From Haplodiscus bocki (Eukaryota): a stretch of 64,000 nucleotides of DNA. The position numbers and the translations under genes were made by a program. Under the pieces are notes generated by a model. It ran no database searches, was not told the DNA's origin, and was given only the letters and a program-made list of their open reading frames with translations. Shown here piece after piece: positions 39,201 through 51,463 of this stretch (its first letter is position 1; each line of letters opens with the position of its first letter). Where the stretch lies: contig OZ296648.1 of the NCBI GenBank assembly GCA_965655095.1, forward strand, positions 37,138,001 through 37,202,000, given 5' to 3'.

Positions 39201-42200
39201 AATTAGTTTTACGACGTTGGTGATTATGATTTGGAAGGTTATTTTAGCACCAATAAATTGAAATGGTTAGAACGGAAAGTTATCGAAATAATCAGGCTTC
39301 AAAAATTTCAAAACGTCCAAAATAAAATTCCTGAAAGAGGACTCAATAGCATGCTGTTTTTGAAATACTTTTCAGTAGTTAAGGTATAAACATAACCAGG
39401 TCCCACGTTGTTGACACTCCTAATATAACCAAAGGCATCATGAAAGATTGCATGCATTCGTAAAACTTTGGAAAACTGCAAGTAGTTGTGTAGAAGGCTG
39501 TCGCCTGCTTCAATATTGCCGCCCAAAGATGCCCGTGAATTAACTTGATTCAAATCTATTGTTTTGTCTACATAGAGACATACTGCAAGAAAAACGTTTT
39601 TGGATGTTGTGTTTTTTGGGAACCAGTATGTTACTTTCACAAAGTCTTCGCAAATGTCCTTCGAAGAAAACATTTAAGTAAGCAAGTTTGAATTAGGAGA
39701 AGCGTCTGTCTGAGAACAAAACTTTTACAGAAATGATGTATCAATAATTGTTAAACAGAAAAAAGCTGCAAAGCGTAGTTGTTGCCTTCTTGAGCCGTCG
39801 AACCGATGATTCGAAGTGGTTGAGTCATACATCCGAAGCACGTGCATTGAGAATTTGTTACCCCTAAATCAAAATCTAATGACCGGCTGTGCTCAGTTAC
39901 GTGAAATCGCCCAAACTCTTTCTGAAGAAGATCAATGTATGACAATATGCTGTCTTTGAAAGGTGCATCTGAACTTTCAAGCTCGAGCAGACGTTGAAAA
40001 AGAAACAATGCTTTCTCTGACCCAACGGATGCTCCCAGTGAATTGTTTTTCGTACTCCCACACACTTTTGAATTTGCAACCAAGTCCTTCTGTGGTCTTC
40101 TGATTCATGAAGGATTGCATCTACTTGCCTCTGACTGCAATGGAACTGGCGGCTGATTTGTTGTTTGTTTCTGCTCGGAGAAAGTTTTCCGGATGAGACT
40201 GTCATCAATTTTACATGCGCATTGTTTGTTGTCGACAGAACTTGAAAAATAGTCTGCTCCAGAAAAGTTTCCGCTTCAGCACAAGCAGGAAGATAAAGCA
40301 GAGTATGATGATGGTTCAAGGGCATCGTTTGGCAAATTTCTTCCAATTGCCCACACCTGAACTCATTCTACAGGTTTTCTCGGCTTTAGTATTGAGCGTT
40401 GTGTGAGCACACGAGAATTGGTAGAGCATTGCACAGACTGGGAGGCATCGACTCAGGAAACGTATTTCGTGTGCTTTCAGAAAGCTTCTCATTAGTGGTA
40501 GTTTCGTCCGTAAGAAACAGGAGCAAGCAAAAGTTCGACGGAACTTCTCTGAAAACAGTTGTCATTTGTTTCAACCAGCGATTTTTTTCAGCAACTGATT
40601 GTGGTATTAAATCTTTCAAAAATGAAGCGTCTCACAGTTGTTATCTCACCCACCTCTTAATAGGGAATTTTCCATTCGGTCTCTAGGAGTTTTCCATCAA
40701 AATGGAAGAAAAGCATACTTGGCACATTCACGATCTTTGATAAGTCCCTGTTTGCAGCTGGTCCACGTAAGTGAGCCAAGTGTGCTAGCAACTGTAATGT
40801 AAGAACGCGATACTGCTGTTACCGTTTTTCCTAGGTTCACTTATCGAATGCTCGAGAAAAAAATTAGTTTTACGACGTTGGTGATTCATGATTTGGAAGG
40901 TTAGTTTAGCACCAATAAATTGAAATGGTTAGAACGGAAAGTTATCGAAATAATCAGGCTTCAAAAATTTCAAAACGTCCAAAATAAAATTCCGGAAAGA
41001 GGACTCAATAGCATGCTGTTTTTGAAATACTTTTCAGTAGTTAAGGTGTAAACATAACCAGGTCCCAAGTTGTTGACACTCCTAATATAACCAAAGGCAA
41101 CATGAAAGATTGCATGCATTCCTAAAACTTTGGAAAACTGCAAGTAGTTGTGTAGAAGGCTGTCGCTTGCTTCAATATTGCCGCCCAAAGATGCCCGTGA
41201 ATTAACATGATTCAAATCTATTGTTTTGTCTACATAGAGACATACTGCAAGAAAAACGTTTTTGGATGTTGTGTTTTTTGGGAACCATTATGTTACTTTC
41301 ACAAAGTCTTCGCAAATGTCCTTCGAAGAAAACATTTAAGTAAGCAAGTTTGAATTAGGAGAAGCGTCTGTCTGAGAACAAAACTTTTACAGAAATGATG
41401 TATCAAAAATTGTTAAACAGAAAAAAGCTGCAAAGCGTAGTTGTTGCCTTCTTGAGCCGTCGAACCGCTGATTTGAAGTGGTTGAGTCATACATCCGAAG
41501 CACGTGCATTGAGAATTTGTTACCCCTAAATCAAAATCCAATGCCCGGCTGTGCTCAGTTACGTGAAATCGCCCAAACTCTTTCTGAAGAAGATCAATGT
41601 ATGACAATATGCTGTCTTTGAAAGGTGCATCTGAACTTTCAAGCTCGAGCAGACGTTGAAAAAGAAACAATGCTTTCTCTGACCCAACGGATGCTCCCAG
41701 TGAATTGTTTTTCGTACTCCCACACACTTTTGAATTTGCAACCAAGTCCTTCTGTGGTCTTCTGATTCATGAAGGATTGCATCTACTTGCCTCTGACTGC
41801 AATGGAACTGGCGGCTGATTTGTTGTTTGTTTCTGCTCGGAGAAAGTTTTCCGGATGAGACTGTCATCAATTTTACATGCGCATTGTTTGTTGTCGACAG
41901 AACTTGAAAAATAGTCTGCTCCAGAAAAGTTTCCGCTTCAGCACAAGCAGGAAGATGAAGCAGAGTATGATGATGGTTCGAGGGCATCGTTTGGCAAATT
42001 TCTTCGAATTGCCCACACCTGAACTCATTCTACAGGTTTTCTCGGCTTTAGTACTGAGCGTTGTGTGAGCACACGAGAATTGGTAGAGCATTGCACAGAC
42101 TGGGAGGCATCGACTCAGGAAACGTATTTCGTGTGCTTTCAGAAAGCTTCTCAATAGTGGTAGTTTCGTCCGTAAGAAACAGGAGCAACCAAAAGTTCGA

Positions 42201-45200
42201 CGGAACTTCTCTGAAAACAGTTGTCATTTGTTTCAACCAGCGAATTTTTTCAGCAACTGATTGTGGTATTAAATCTTTCAAAAATGAAGCGTCTCACAGT
42301 TGTTATCTCACCCACCTCTTAATAGGGAATTTTCCATTCGGTCTCTAGGAGTTTTCCATCAAAATGGAAGAAAAGCATACTTGGCATATTCACGATCTTT
42401 GATAAGTCCCTGTTTGCAGCTGGTCCACGTAAGTGTGCCAAGTGTGCTAGCAACTGTAATAAGAACGCGATACTGCTGTTACCGTTTTTCCTAGGTTCAC
42501 TTATCGAATGCTCGAGAAAAAAATTAGTTTTACGACGTTGGTGATTCATGATTTGGAAGGTTAGTTTAGCACCAATAAATTGAAATGGTTAGAACGGAAA
42601 GTTATCGAAATAATCAGGCTTCAAAAATTTCAAAACGTCCAAAATAAAATTCCTGAAAGAGGACTCAATAGCATGCTGTTTTTGAATTACTTTTCAGTAG
42701 TTAAGGTATAAACATAACCAGGTCCCAAGTTGTTGACACTCCCAATATAACCATAGGCATCATGAAAGATTGCATGCATTCGTAAAACTTTTGAAAACTG
42801 CAAGTAGTTGTGTAGAAGGCTGTCGCCTGCTTCAATATTGCCGCCCAAAGATGCCCGTGAATTAACTTGATTCAAATCTATTGTTTTGTCTACATAGAGA
42901 CATACTGCAAGAAAAACGTTTTTGGATGTTGTGTTTTTTGGGAACCAGTATGTTACTTTCACAAAGTCTTCGCAAATGTCCTTCGAAGAAAACATTTAAG
43001 TAAGCAAGTTTGAATTAGGAGAAGCGTCTGTCTGAGAACAACACTTTTACAGAAATGATGTATCAAAAATTGTTAAACAGAAAAAAGCTGCAAAGCGTAG
43101 TTGTTGCCTTCTTGAGCCGTCGAACCGATGATTGGAAGTGGTTGAGTCATACATCCGAAGCAAGTGCATTGAGAATTTGTTGCCCCTAAATCAAAATCCA
43201 ATGTCCGGCTGTGCTCAGTTACGTGAAATCGCCCAAACTCTTTCTGAAGAAGATCAATGTGTGACAATATGCTGTCTTTGAAAGGTGCATCTGAACTTTC
43301 AAGCTCGAGCAGACGTTGAAAAAGAACCAATGCTTTCTCTGACCCAACGGATGCTCCCAGTGAATTGTTTTTCGTACTCCCACACACTTTTGAATTTGCA
43401 ACCAAGTCCTTCTGTGGTCTTCTGATTCATGAAGGATTGCATCTACTTGCCTCTGACTGCAATGGAACTGGCGGCTGATTTGTTGTTTGTTTCTGCTCGG
43501 AGAAAGTTTTCCGGATGAGACTGTCATCAATTTTACATGCGCATTGTTTGTTGTTGACAGAACTTGAAAAATAGTCTGCTCCAGAAAAGTTTCCGCTTCA
43601 GCACAAGCAGGAAGATAAAGCAGAGTATGATGATGGTTCGAGGGCATCGTTTGGCAAATTTCTTCCAATTGCCCACACCTGAACTCATTCTACAGGTTTT
43701 CTCGGCTTTAGTATTGAGCGTTGTGTGAGCACACGAGAATTGGTAGAGCATTGCACAGACTGGGAGGCATCGACTCAGGAAACGTATTTCGTGTGCTTTC
43801 AGAAAGCTTCTCAATAGTGGTAGTTTCGTCCGTAAGAAACAGGAGCAAGCAAAAGTTCGACGGAACTTCTCTGAAAACAGTTGTCATTTGTTTCAACCAG
43901 CGATTTTTTTCAGCAACTGATTGTGGTATTAAATCTTTCAAAAATGAAGCGTCTCACAGTTGTTATCTCACCCACCTCTTAATAGGGAATTTTCCATTCG
44001 GTCTCTAGGAGTTTTCCATCAAAATGGAAGAAAAGCATACTTGGCACATTCACGATCTTTGATAAGTCCCTGTTTGCAGCTGGTCCACGTAAGTGTGCCA
44101 AGTGTGCTAGCAACTGTAATGTAAGAACGCGATACTGCTGTTACCGTTTTTCCTAGGTTCACTTATCGAATGCTCGAGAAAAAAATTAGTTTTACGACGT
44201 TGGTGATTCATGATTTGGAAGGTTATTTTAGCACCAATAAATTGAAATGGTTAGAACGGAAAGTTATCGAAATAATCAGGCTTCAAAAATTTCAAAACGT
44301 CCAAAATAAAATTCCTGAAAGAGGACTCAATAGCATGCTGTTTTTGAATTACTTTTCAGTAGTTAAGGTATAAACATAACCAGGTCCCAAGTTGTTGACA
44401 CTCCTAATATAACCATAGGCATCATGAAAGATTGCATGCATTCGTAAAACTTTTGAAAACTGCAAGTAGTTGTGTAGAAGGCTGTCGCCTGCTTCAATAT
44501 TGCCGCCAAGATGCCCGTGAATTAACTTGATTCAAATCTATTGTTTTGTCTACATAGAGACATACTGCAAGAAAAACGTTTTTGGATGTTGTGTTTTTTG
44601 GGAACCAGTATGTTACTTTCACAAAGTCTTCGCAAATGTCCTTCGAAGAAAACATTTAAGTAAGCAAGTTTGAATTAGGAGAAGCGTCTGTCTGAGAACA
44701 AAACTTTTACAGAAATGATGTATCAATAATTGTTAAACAGAAAAAAGCTGCAAAGCGTAGTTGTTGCCTTCTTGAGCCGTCGAACCGATGATTCGAAGTG
44801 GTTGAGTCATACATCCGAAGCACGTGCATTGAGAATTTGTTACCCCTAAATCAAAATCTAATGACCGGCTGTGCTCAGTTACGTGAAATCGCCCAAACTC
44901 TTTCTGAAGAAGATCAATGTATGACAATATGCTGTCTTTGAAAGGTGCATCTGAACTTTCAAGCTCGAGCAGACGTTGAAAAAGAAACAATGCTTTCTCT
45001 GACCCAACGGATGCTCCCAGTGAATTGTTTTTCGTACTCCCACACACTTTTGAATTTGCAACCAAGTCCTTCTGTGGTCTTCTGATTCATGAAGGATTGC
45101 ATCTACTTGCCTCTGACTGCAATGGAACTGGCGGCTGATTTGTTGTTTGTTTCTGCTCGGAGAAAGTTTTCCGGATGAGACTGTCATCAATTTTACATGC

Positions 45201-46097
45201 GCATTGTTTGTTGTCGACAGAACTTGAAAAATAGTCTGCTCCAGAAAAGTTTCCGCTTCAGCACAAGCAGGAAGATAAAGCAGAGTATGATGATGGTTCA
45301 AGGGCATCGTTTGGCAAATTTCTTCCAATTGCCCACACCTGAACTCATTCTACAGGTTTTCTCGGCTTTAGTATTGAGCGTTGTGTGAGCACACGAGAAT
45401 TGGTAGAGCATTGCACAGACTGGGAGGCATCGACTCAGGAAACGTATTTCGTGTGCTTTCAGAAAGCTTCTCATTAGTGGTAGTTTCGTCCGTAAGAAAC
45501 AGGAGCAAGCAAAAGTTCGACGGAACTTCTCTGAAAACAGTTGTCATTTGTTTCAACCAGCGATTTTTTTCAGCAACTGATTGTGGTATTAAATCTTTCA
45601 AAAATGAAGCGTCTCACAGTTGTTATCTCACCCACCTCTTAATAGGGAATTTTCCATTCGGTCTCTAGGAGTTTTCCATCAAAATGGAAGAAAAGCATAC
45701 TTGGCACATTCACGATCTTTGATAAGTCCCTGTTTGCAGCTGGTCCACGTAAGTGTGCCAAGTGTGCTAGCAACTGTAATGTAAGAACGCGATACTGCTG
45801 TTACCGTTTTTCCTAGGTTCACGTATCGAATGCTCGAGAAAAAAATTAGTTTTACGACGTTGGTGATTCATGATTTGGAAGGTTAGTTTAGCATCATTTA
45901 GTCTTTTGTCAGGGGGTCCAATGCTTTATTTCCACTCTCTGAATCGATAAATTCTCGAAAGTGAAATATTTCACTCTTTGTAGAACCAGTTGCCACAGTT
46001 TGATTGATGAACAAATAAGTGTCAAAAGAATCGAAGCGATGTGTCAGAAACGACATTCAGTGTACTCAGTCAACAAAATTCAGCTTCAGATGGTTTT

Positions 46098-46174
46098 GTA
46101 CTTTGACCTTTTTGACTTGGAAAATTTTCGGTTTGGAAGTCAAAAATTGCAGCAAACCCCCTTCCTTTACTACT
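46098..46174 (-). repeat. Right terminal inverted repeat of Polinton 1
   Basis: ...GCAGCAAACCCCCTTCCTTTACTACT followed by TSD CACAGT. Confidence 0.95.
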
Positions 46175-46468
46175 CACAGTTTTGACGAAAAGGTTATTTT
46201 AATTTCTGTTCACCGTGCTCGCATTCAGTATTGTTCCTCAAATGAATAGTAATAGTTTTGCACAATCGGACTAATAATATTCAGCATTTCTATTTTATAT
46301 GTTTGCTCCGCTTAACATGTAAAAAAGTAACATAAAATTACTATTCATTCAATGAAAAAGCTAAATGCCAGCATTATGTGAACAGGAAACAGCTTCTACG
46401 TGGGCATGATGATTATTTCATGATTTTGTTCTTCATAAAAAAGGACTTGTGCCTGTGGTGGTACGCAC

Positions 46469-46718
46469 TTGCACATTTTAGTGGAGTCTGCGATGGTCAT
46501 GTCTCCACTGTTGAGTTGACCTTGGAAGGACAGAGGTAATTGCTGATTTGAAGGTGGTTGAGGGGGAGGCATCAATTGTGGGGAAGGTACACAAGACAGC
46601 CTGTTCCTCAACTGAGCGTAGGCAGCTGTCTGTGGCAATAACATCAACAAAGAATACATTGCCTTCACTAAATGTGGTTGTTCACTGTCTCCTGTTTCCA
46701 ACATCTGAAGCCTCAAAT
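46469..46718 (-). CDS. VAC14: VAC14 exon
   Basis: LRLQMLE...HLVKAMYSLLMLLPQTAAYAQLRNRLSCVP matches the VAC14 C-terminal Fig4-binding region; cag acceptor at 46719-46721, phase 1 with the previous exon. Confidence 0.93.
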
Positions 46719-47083
46719 CTGAAATACAAAGTTACAGTCAACAAAAAAGTCTTAATAATTCATGATTCATCACAAAGTCAATTATTGAGAAAGATTCAAT
46801 GCCGCATGGTTTCTTAGCTTAGCTAGTACAAAATTTTAAATTCCAGATGATGAAAACAGCAAATCCTACTCAGCAAGACAAAACGGCGAGTTTATTTTCT
46901 TCCCTAACCAATTCAAAAACAAAAATATAATCAATAATATCGATTTTTCACTTTGATCATAAAAAACAGGAGAAATTCGAGCTCGAAACATTCCAAAAAA
47001 GGCCTTTGAAGATTGGGGCCTTATTGACAATTTCCTTATTTTTGGAGTCTTTGCAAACGGAGCTAGAGGCCAAAGCTACTAAC

Positions 47084-47282
47084 TGGCAAAAATAGGACTT
47101 TCAAGTAGCTGGACTAGTTTATCGACTTCATTGAGGATTTCCACATCTATTTCTAAGGATCCAAACAGATGCAGCAAGCGACAAGCATGTCGATATTTCC
47201 CAGACAGCAGACATAAACTGACAGTTGCGACTGGGCATAAACACCATGTTCGGTAAACACAGCAAAACAAGTCTTTTGTATC
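47084..47282 (-). CDS. VAC14: VAC14 exon
   Basis: [23 protein letters not shown]...[15 protein letters not shown]; tag acceptor at 47283, GTTAGT donor at 47083. Confidence 0.95.
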
Positions 47283-47360
47283 CTAAACAAACAATCAAGA
47301 AGCTACCTTGAGATCTAAAATAAATAACTGCGTTTAAGTTGACAATTTCTGGCTACTTAC

Positions 47361-47541
47361 GGGCAGTTTGAAATGTTTCAGTTCATCACGTAAATGGTAA
47401 AGTTCATGAGTTGTCATCAAAATAGTATTAAGGAGGTTAACCATTCCAGCTACAAAAGCGCGATCTTCGTTAGCTCTGAGAAACAAGATTTCTGATAACG
47501 TGCGATAAATATCTCTTGCACTCAGCAGAGCACATAGGTTC
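47361..47541 (-). CDS. VAC14: VAC14 exon
   Basis: RNLCALLSARDIYRTLSEIL...MVNLLNTILMTTHELYHLRDELK; cag acceptor at 47542, GTAAGT donor at 47360. Confidence 0.95.
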
Positions 47542-47993
47542 CTGAAACATAGCAGCATTGTCAAACCCTCAAGTTTGAAGCAGAAACTCAGCGACACGTT
47601 CTGATCATTAATTGACAATTATTTTAAAATCGTGTAAAGTTCTGACTTTTAGGCGAGCTGAGCTGCAATTAACCGAGTGCTCTTCTGTTTGCACCGCTGC
47701 ATACTTTTTATATTTATAAATTATCGGATAAATTTTATTAGAATTAGATGAATTTTAATCTTAGGAAACGTCTGCTATTTAAAAATATATGATTGGATTG
47801 AATCCATTTTCGAAAAAATTCGATTTCATCTCAGATATCTTGACAGCCTTGACAAATGTGACGGCAATTTTATGCTTGGAATGTCTGTTAATGTTACAAG
47901 ACGCCCGACTACCTATAGGATTTTGCGCCCAGTCTAAATTGTCAAAATCTTCTACTCCTCCTGAGACGTGAACTCACCAACTTTGTAGTTCCA

Positions 47994-49149
47994 CGGGGGC
48001 GTCTCATTTGTCCGAAGTGCCATAACTCCGAAATTAAATAACTAGTTAAATACTCAAATCCTATTGGCTGACGCATTACCACCAAAATTCGAACTAATCG
48101 GAACATCAATTTTTATTGGTCCATACAAAACACGAACAGCCGACGAAAAAAACGAACCGATCAGTTTAAGCTAAAAATAAACCTATGCCAATTTTTTATT
48201 GGTCACGATTAATTTCTGAACCAAATTGACAAAAATAAACGAGTCTGTTCTAAACGTCAACTTGGCGAAAATGGTTTCCGATTTCAGAATTGTCGAAGTC
48301 AAAAAACTAAAAATCAAAGTTCGTAATTTACGATAAATATGAATTTGGAATTTGTTGGATATTTTCTGTTCTGTTAACAACGCTCCCCTCCCCCCCCCAC
48401 ACACACACTTGTAGTAATTGATAATTTCGCATATCCATCAATGTGTGTGTGTGTGTGGGGGGGGGGGGGGTGGGGGGGTTTAATTTGGTGGGGGGGGGGG
48501 TTAATTTGGTGGTGGTGGTGGGGGGGGGGGGTTAACAGAAAAGATCCAGTGTTATTACTTAAGAAAAACAGCGTAGTAAAACGATGCTTCAACAAATCTG
48601 GTGAAACAATGAACGCTGACTCAACATTTTCGCAAATTTTGAGTTAATCCGGAACATCTAACAAGGATGACGGCAAAGAAAATCTGCGCCGGGAAGTTTT
48701 TAAAAACATAAATCCAAGAAAAATTTTCTGGGGTCTTTTCCGTTGTCCGTCCCCCCCCCCTCCTCCCCCCCCCAGTTGAAGCTGTAGCTACTTCTGCAGG
48801 GTGGAGGAGAATAACGGAAAAGACCCATTTTCTGAAACGTGATAACATATAGGAAAAACTTGAAAATTATTGAAAGTTGGGGATTGTCAAGCAATTAAAT
48901 TTCAAATTGGCTAATTAACGTCATAAAACGCTAAGGAGGACGATTTCTTTCTATCACTACTGTATGGTTGTAGTCTGAATTAATTTTCGAAAATACGAGA
49001 CGCATTTTTCATTTTCGGAGTAATGAGACGCAAAATTAATTTTCGGAGTTATGAGACTCAAAATTTATTTTCGGAGTTATGAGACTCAAAAATTTATTTT
49101 CGGAGTAATGACACAGAATTTTTAAATTCGGACAAATGAAGCGCAACCG
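47994..49149. mobile_element. MITE-like non-autonomous DNA transposon
   Basis: Imperfect TIRs CGGGGGCGTCTCATTTGTCCGAA / TTCGGACAAATGAAGCGCAACCG; GTTCCACG duplicated at 47988 and 49149 (TSD 5-8 bp depending on end placement). Confidence 0.75.
49012..49115. repeat. 28-29 bp minisatellite, ~4 copies, subterminal in the MITE
   Basis: TTTTCGGAGT(A/T)ATGAGAC(G/T)CAAAATT(A/T)A units with CGGAG at 49016, 49044, 49072 and 49101. Confidence 0.9.
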
Positions 49150-50164
49150 TTCCACGTGGCCGTACAAGCACTATTGCTCAAACCTCATCTAACTCCGACA
49201 GCCGCGATATTTAAATTGGAACACTCGATTCCTATTGGCTAAAATTTTCCTCGACCAACCAGATTCGAATATTCGGTGATAGCAAGCTATTTTTAGTAAC
49301 AGTGCACTGCGTCATCGTTCACAAGACGATCGTTCAATTGGCCGATTATGTAAAAAAACACCGAAGGTTGAATTGAATTAATGATTTTATTAACATATAT
49401 GCAATATGGGCGGAAAACATTAAGGTACATTTCTATACGAGCATCGAAATTCTGCAACAAAAAACAAAATCATTTCCTCATCGGTTCCAATACTAATAAC
49501 GAGTTTTCATTGAATCAAGATAGATTTATTGTTATTTTCCGCCATATTTGAAATATGGAAAGAAAATCCACTCAAATGGTGCGTTTTTTTGCCCGATGTT
49601 TGCCAAGTGCGTTGATGTTTTTAAACAATGTTGCGTTCACGTTTGGAAAAACTTTTCGAAAACCCTCAAAGGTTCGTCTGAAGTTGTAGAATGCAGTTTT
49701 GACAAACTTGGCGAATATTTTTTGTGATAAGTCCGAAAATTTTTCGCTGAAAGTCCGAAAACAATAACAAAATTACATTTTTTTCACAAAAAATACTTTT
49801 CCTCAAAAAGTACTCCTCGAAGAAACAGCATTTTTATAAAAAACGCTTTCATCCTTTCAAAAGGCATCTTTAACAGAGTTGGTGGGCAGAAAATATGCCG
49901 GTGCTAGCCGGCCGTCATATTTATTCTAGAGAACAAAAGTGCTGTAGATAAGCGGTCACAAGCTACAAATCGCTCAAGTCGGAGCTAACTTGAGAAATTT
50001 AAAATATTTGTTAATGGCTGTAGTGTTCGGGAAATTTTTATTGCTTGCCATCCTGCAATCTGATAACGTTTCAAAACATTTTTGTTGACCTAATGGCATA
50101 AAACTAAACAAAACGCTCGGCTAACTCTGGGATATTTTACGCCGCAAAAATTTTCTACACAGAG

Positions 50165-50555
50165 GCGAAGCTGCGCTTCGCAAAACTTGCGCCAAGGGAA
50201 TACTAGTGATCAAATCGAACAAGAGTAACTGATTTTGAAGGGGCCACAGTAGTACAAAAGCTACTCATTAACCAATGAAACTGAGATGTTCACTCCGTTA
50301 ATTATTATTTATTTATATGCAAATGTAAAAAGTACAAACGGCTATAGCCGTCAAATCGCTTTATATTTAAAACAACCGCGGATGCTTTAAAACAATCCCC
50401 GTGAAAGCGCACGAATAAATTATGGCAAGAAAGCGCGAGCGCATGAACAAAATCTTGGAAACATCAGAATGTAGGCACAAATGCGAGTTGTGAATGGATC
50501 GAAGAAAAGAAAACGAAGCCTGTGATATAACACTTGCTTGCGCAAGTGTAACAAG
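50165..50555 (+). repeat. Hairpin-ended interspersed repeat family C, copy 1
   Basis: 5' GCGAAGC-TGC-GCTTCGC and 3' ACACTTGC-TTGC-GCAAGTGT hairpins; homologous to 51464-51843 and 57224-57460. Confidence 0.8.
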
Positions 50556-50727
50556 AGCTTCAAAAAACGTGCATTTTCACCTTCCAGATTTTTTTCAATG
50601 TTCTGTCAGAATTTTTCATCGAATAAAAGCACATTTCCTTTTGAGAAAAGAGTCAATTTATTATGCAATCTGTGAAAAATTTGGTACTGTTTCCAATTTG
50701 AAAAAAAAAATGACTTGAAATTTTAAA

Positions 50728-50857
50728 NNNNNNNNNNNNNNNNNNNNNNNNNNNNNNNNNNNNNNNNNNNNNNNNNNNNNNNNNNNNNNNNNNNNNNNNN
50801 NNNNNNNNNNNNNNNNNNNNNNNNNNNNNNNNNNNNNNNNNNNNNNNNNNNNNNNNN
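50728..50857. other. Assembly gap (130 N)
   Basis: Run of N characters. Confidence 1.
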
Positions 50858-51186
50858 AGTTTTTTGGTCGCGAAAGTTTTTAAGTTTTTCAGGAGACTCG
50901 AACACGCATCCTTTGTCCACCTACACACACATTGCATTTTCGCCCATGCCAAGTTTCCGAAACGTCGAGGTGCACAAAATTTGCATCGATCAATTGGAAA
51001 ACTTCATGTTGAAAAACCTGAATGTTGATAGATTGATTTTCCCTCGATATGGGCGAAAACAATAATGTTCCGTTTGTACTGAAATGCCATAAAAATTGAA
51101 CTTTGGGCCTAAAATTTTTGGGAACAAGTACGGTTAGGAATTCCATGTTTTCATTCTTTCGAGGCAGGCGTAAACCAAGAGGCTAC

Positions 51187-51386
51187 CTGATGATGAAGAG
51201 ACCATGAGGTCGCTCGACGTCCATCAGTTCTTGGTTGCAAGAGAAACTGTCAAGAAGCTGTTTGAGAAGACTGCGGAAATAAGCATTGCGTTGGGATGGA
51301 CATGTGATTTCAGTCGTCTCCAAATCTCTGGGCGCTGCGTCTGATGAAGCTATTTCCGCCAGAACTTTCAACACCTTTAGATGTAC
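51187..51386 (-). CDS. VAC14: VAC14 exon (most 5' exon seen in window)
   Basis: VHLKVLKVLAEIASS...YFRSLLKQLLDSF...GLFIIR; cag acceptor at 51387; phase-2 donor AG|GTAGCC joins to the exon at 47541 giving FIIRNLC. Confidence 0.93.
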
Positions 51387-51463
51387 CTGCAAAGATATCC
51401 CAAATCAAAATCGGGATAACAAAACATTGCAATGAAAGGTATTCATTAACTTTCAAATTAAAG

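Larger units (their letters stand above)
22629..45893. repeat. Tandem array of 14 near-identical ~1660-1663 bp units derived from Polinton 1 internal sequence
   Basis: Same ORF set recurs at 22687, 24349, 26011, 27674, 29337, 31000, 32663, 34325, 35986, 37647, 39308, 40970, ~42630 and ~44290. Junction TTAGCA|CCAATAAATTGAAATGG joins the native right flank to the native left flank. Confidence 0.98.
14802..46174. mobile_element. Maverick/Polinton 1, non-autonomous deletion derivative with internal 14-copy tandem array
   Basis: Termini AGTAGT...ACTACT; TIRs 14802-14879 and 46098-46174; 6-bp TSD CACAGT at 14796-14801 and 46175-46180; internal pPolB, MCP, mCP, integrase and ATPase remnants. Confidence 0.95.

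Noticed and set aside
22629-45893. CRISPR-like or spacer-acquiring array
   Set aside because: Units are near-identical over their full length with no unique spacers; eukaryotic context.
48374-48894. Pro/His-rich and Gly/Trp-rich ORFs
   Set aside because: Translations of G/C homopolymer tracts inside a MITE.
50653-50952. ORFs containing X runs
   Set aside because: Artefacts of the N gap.
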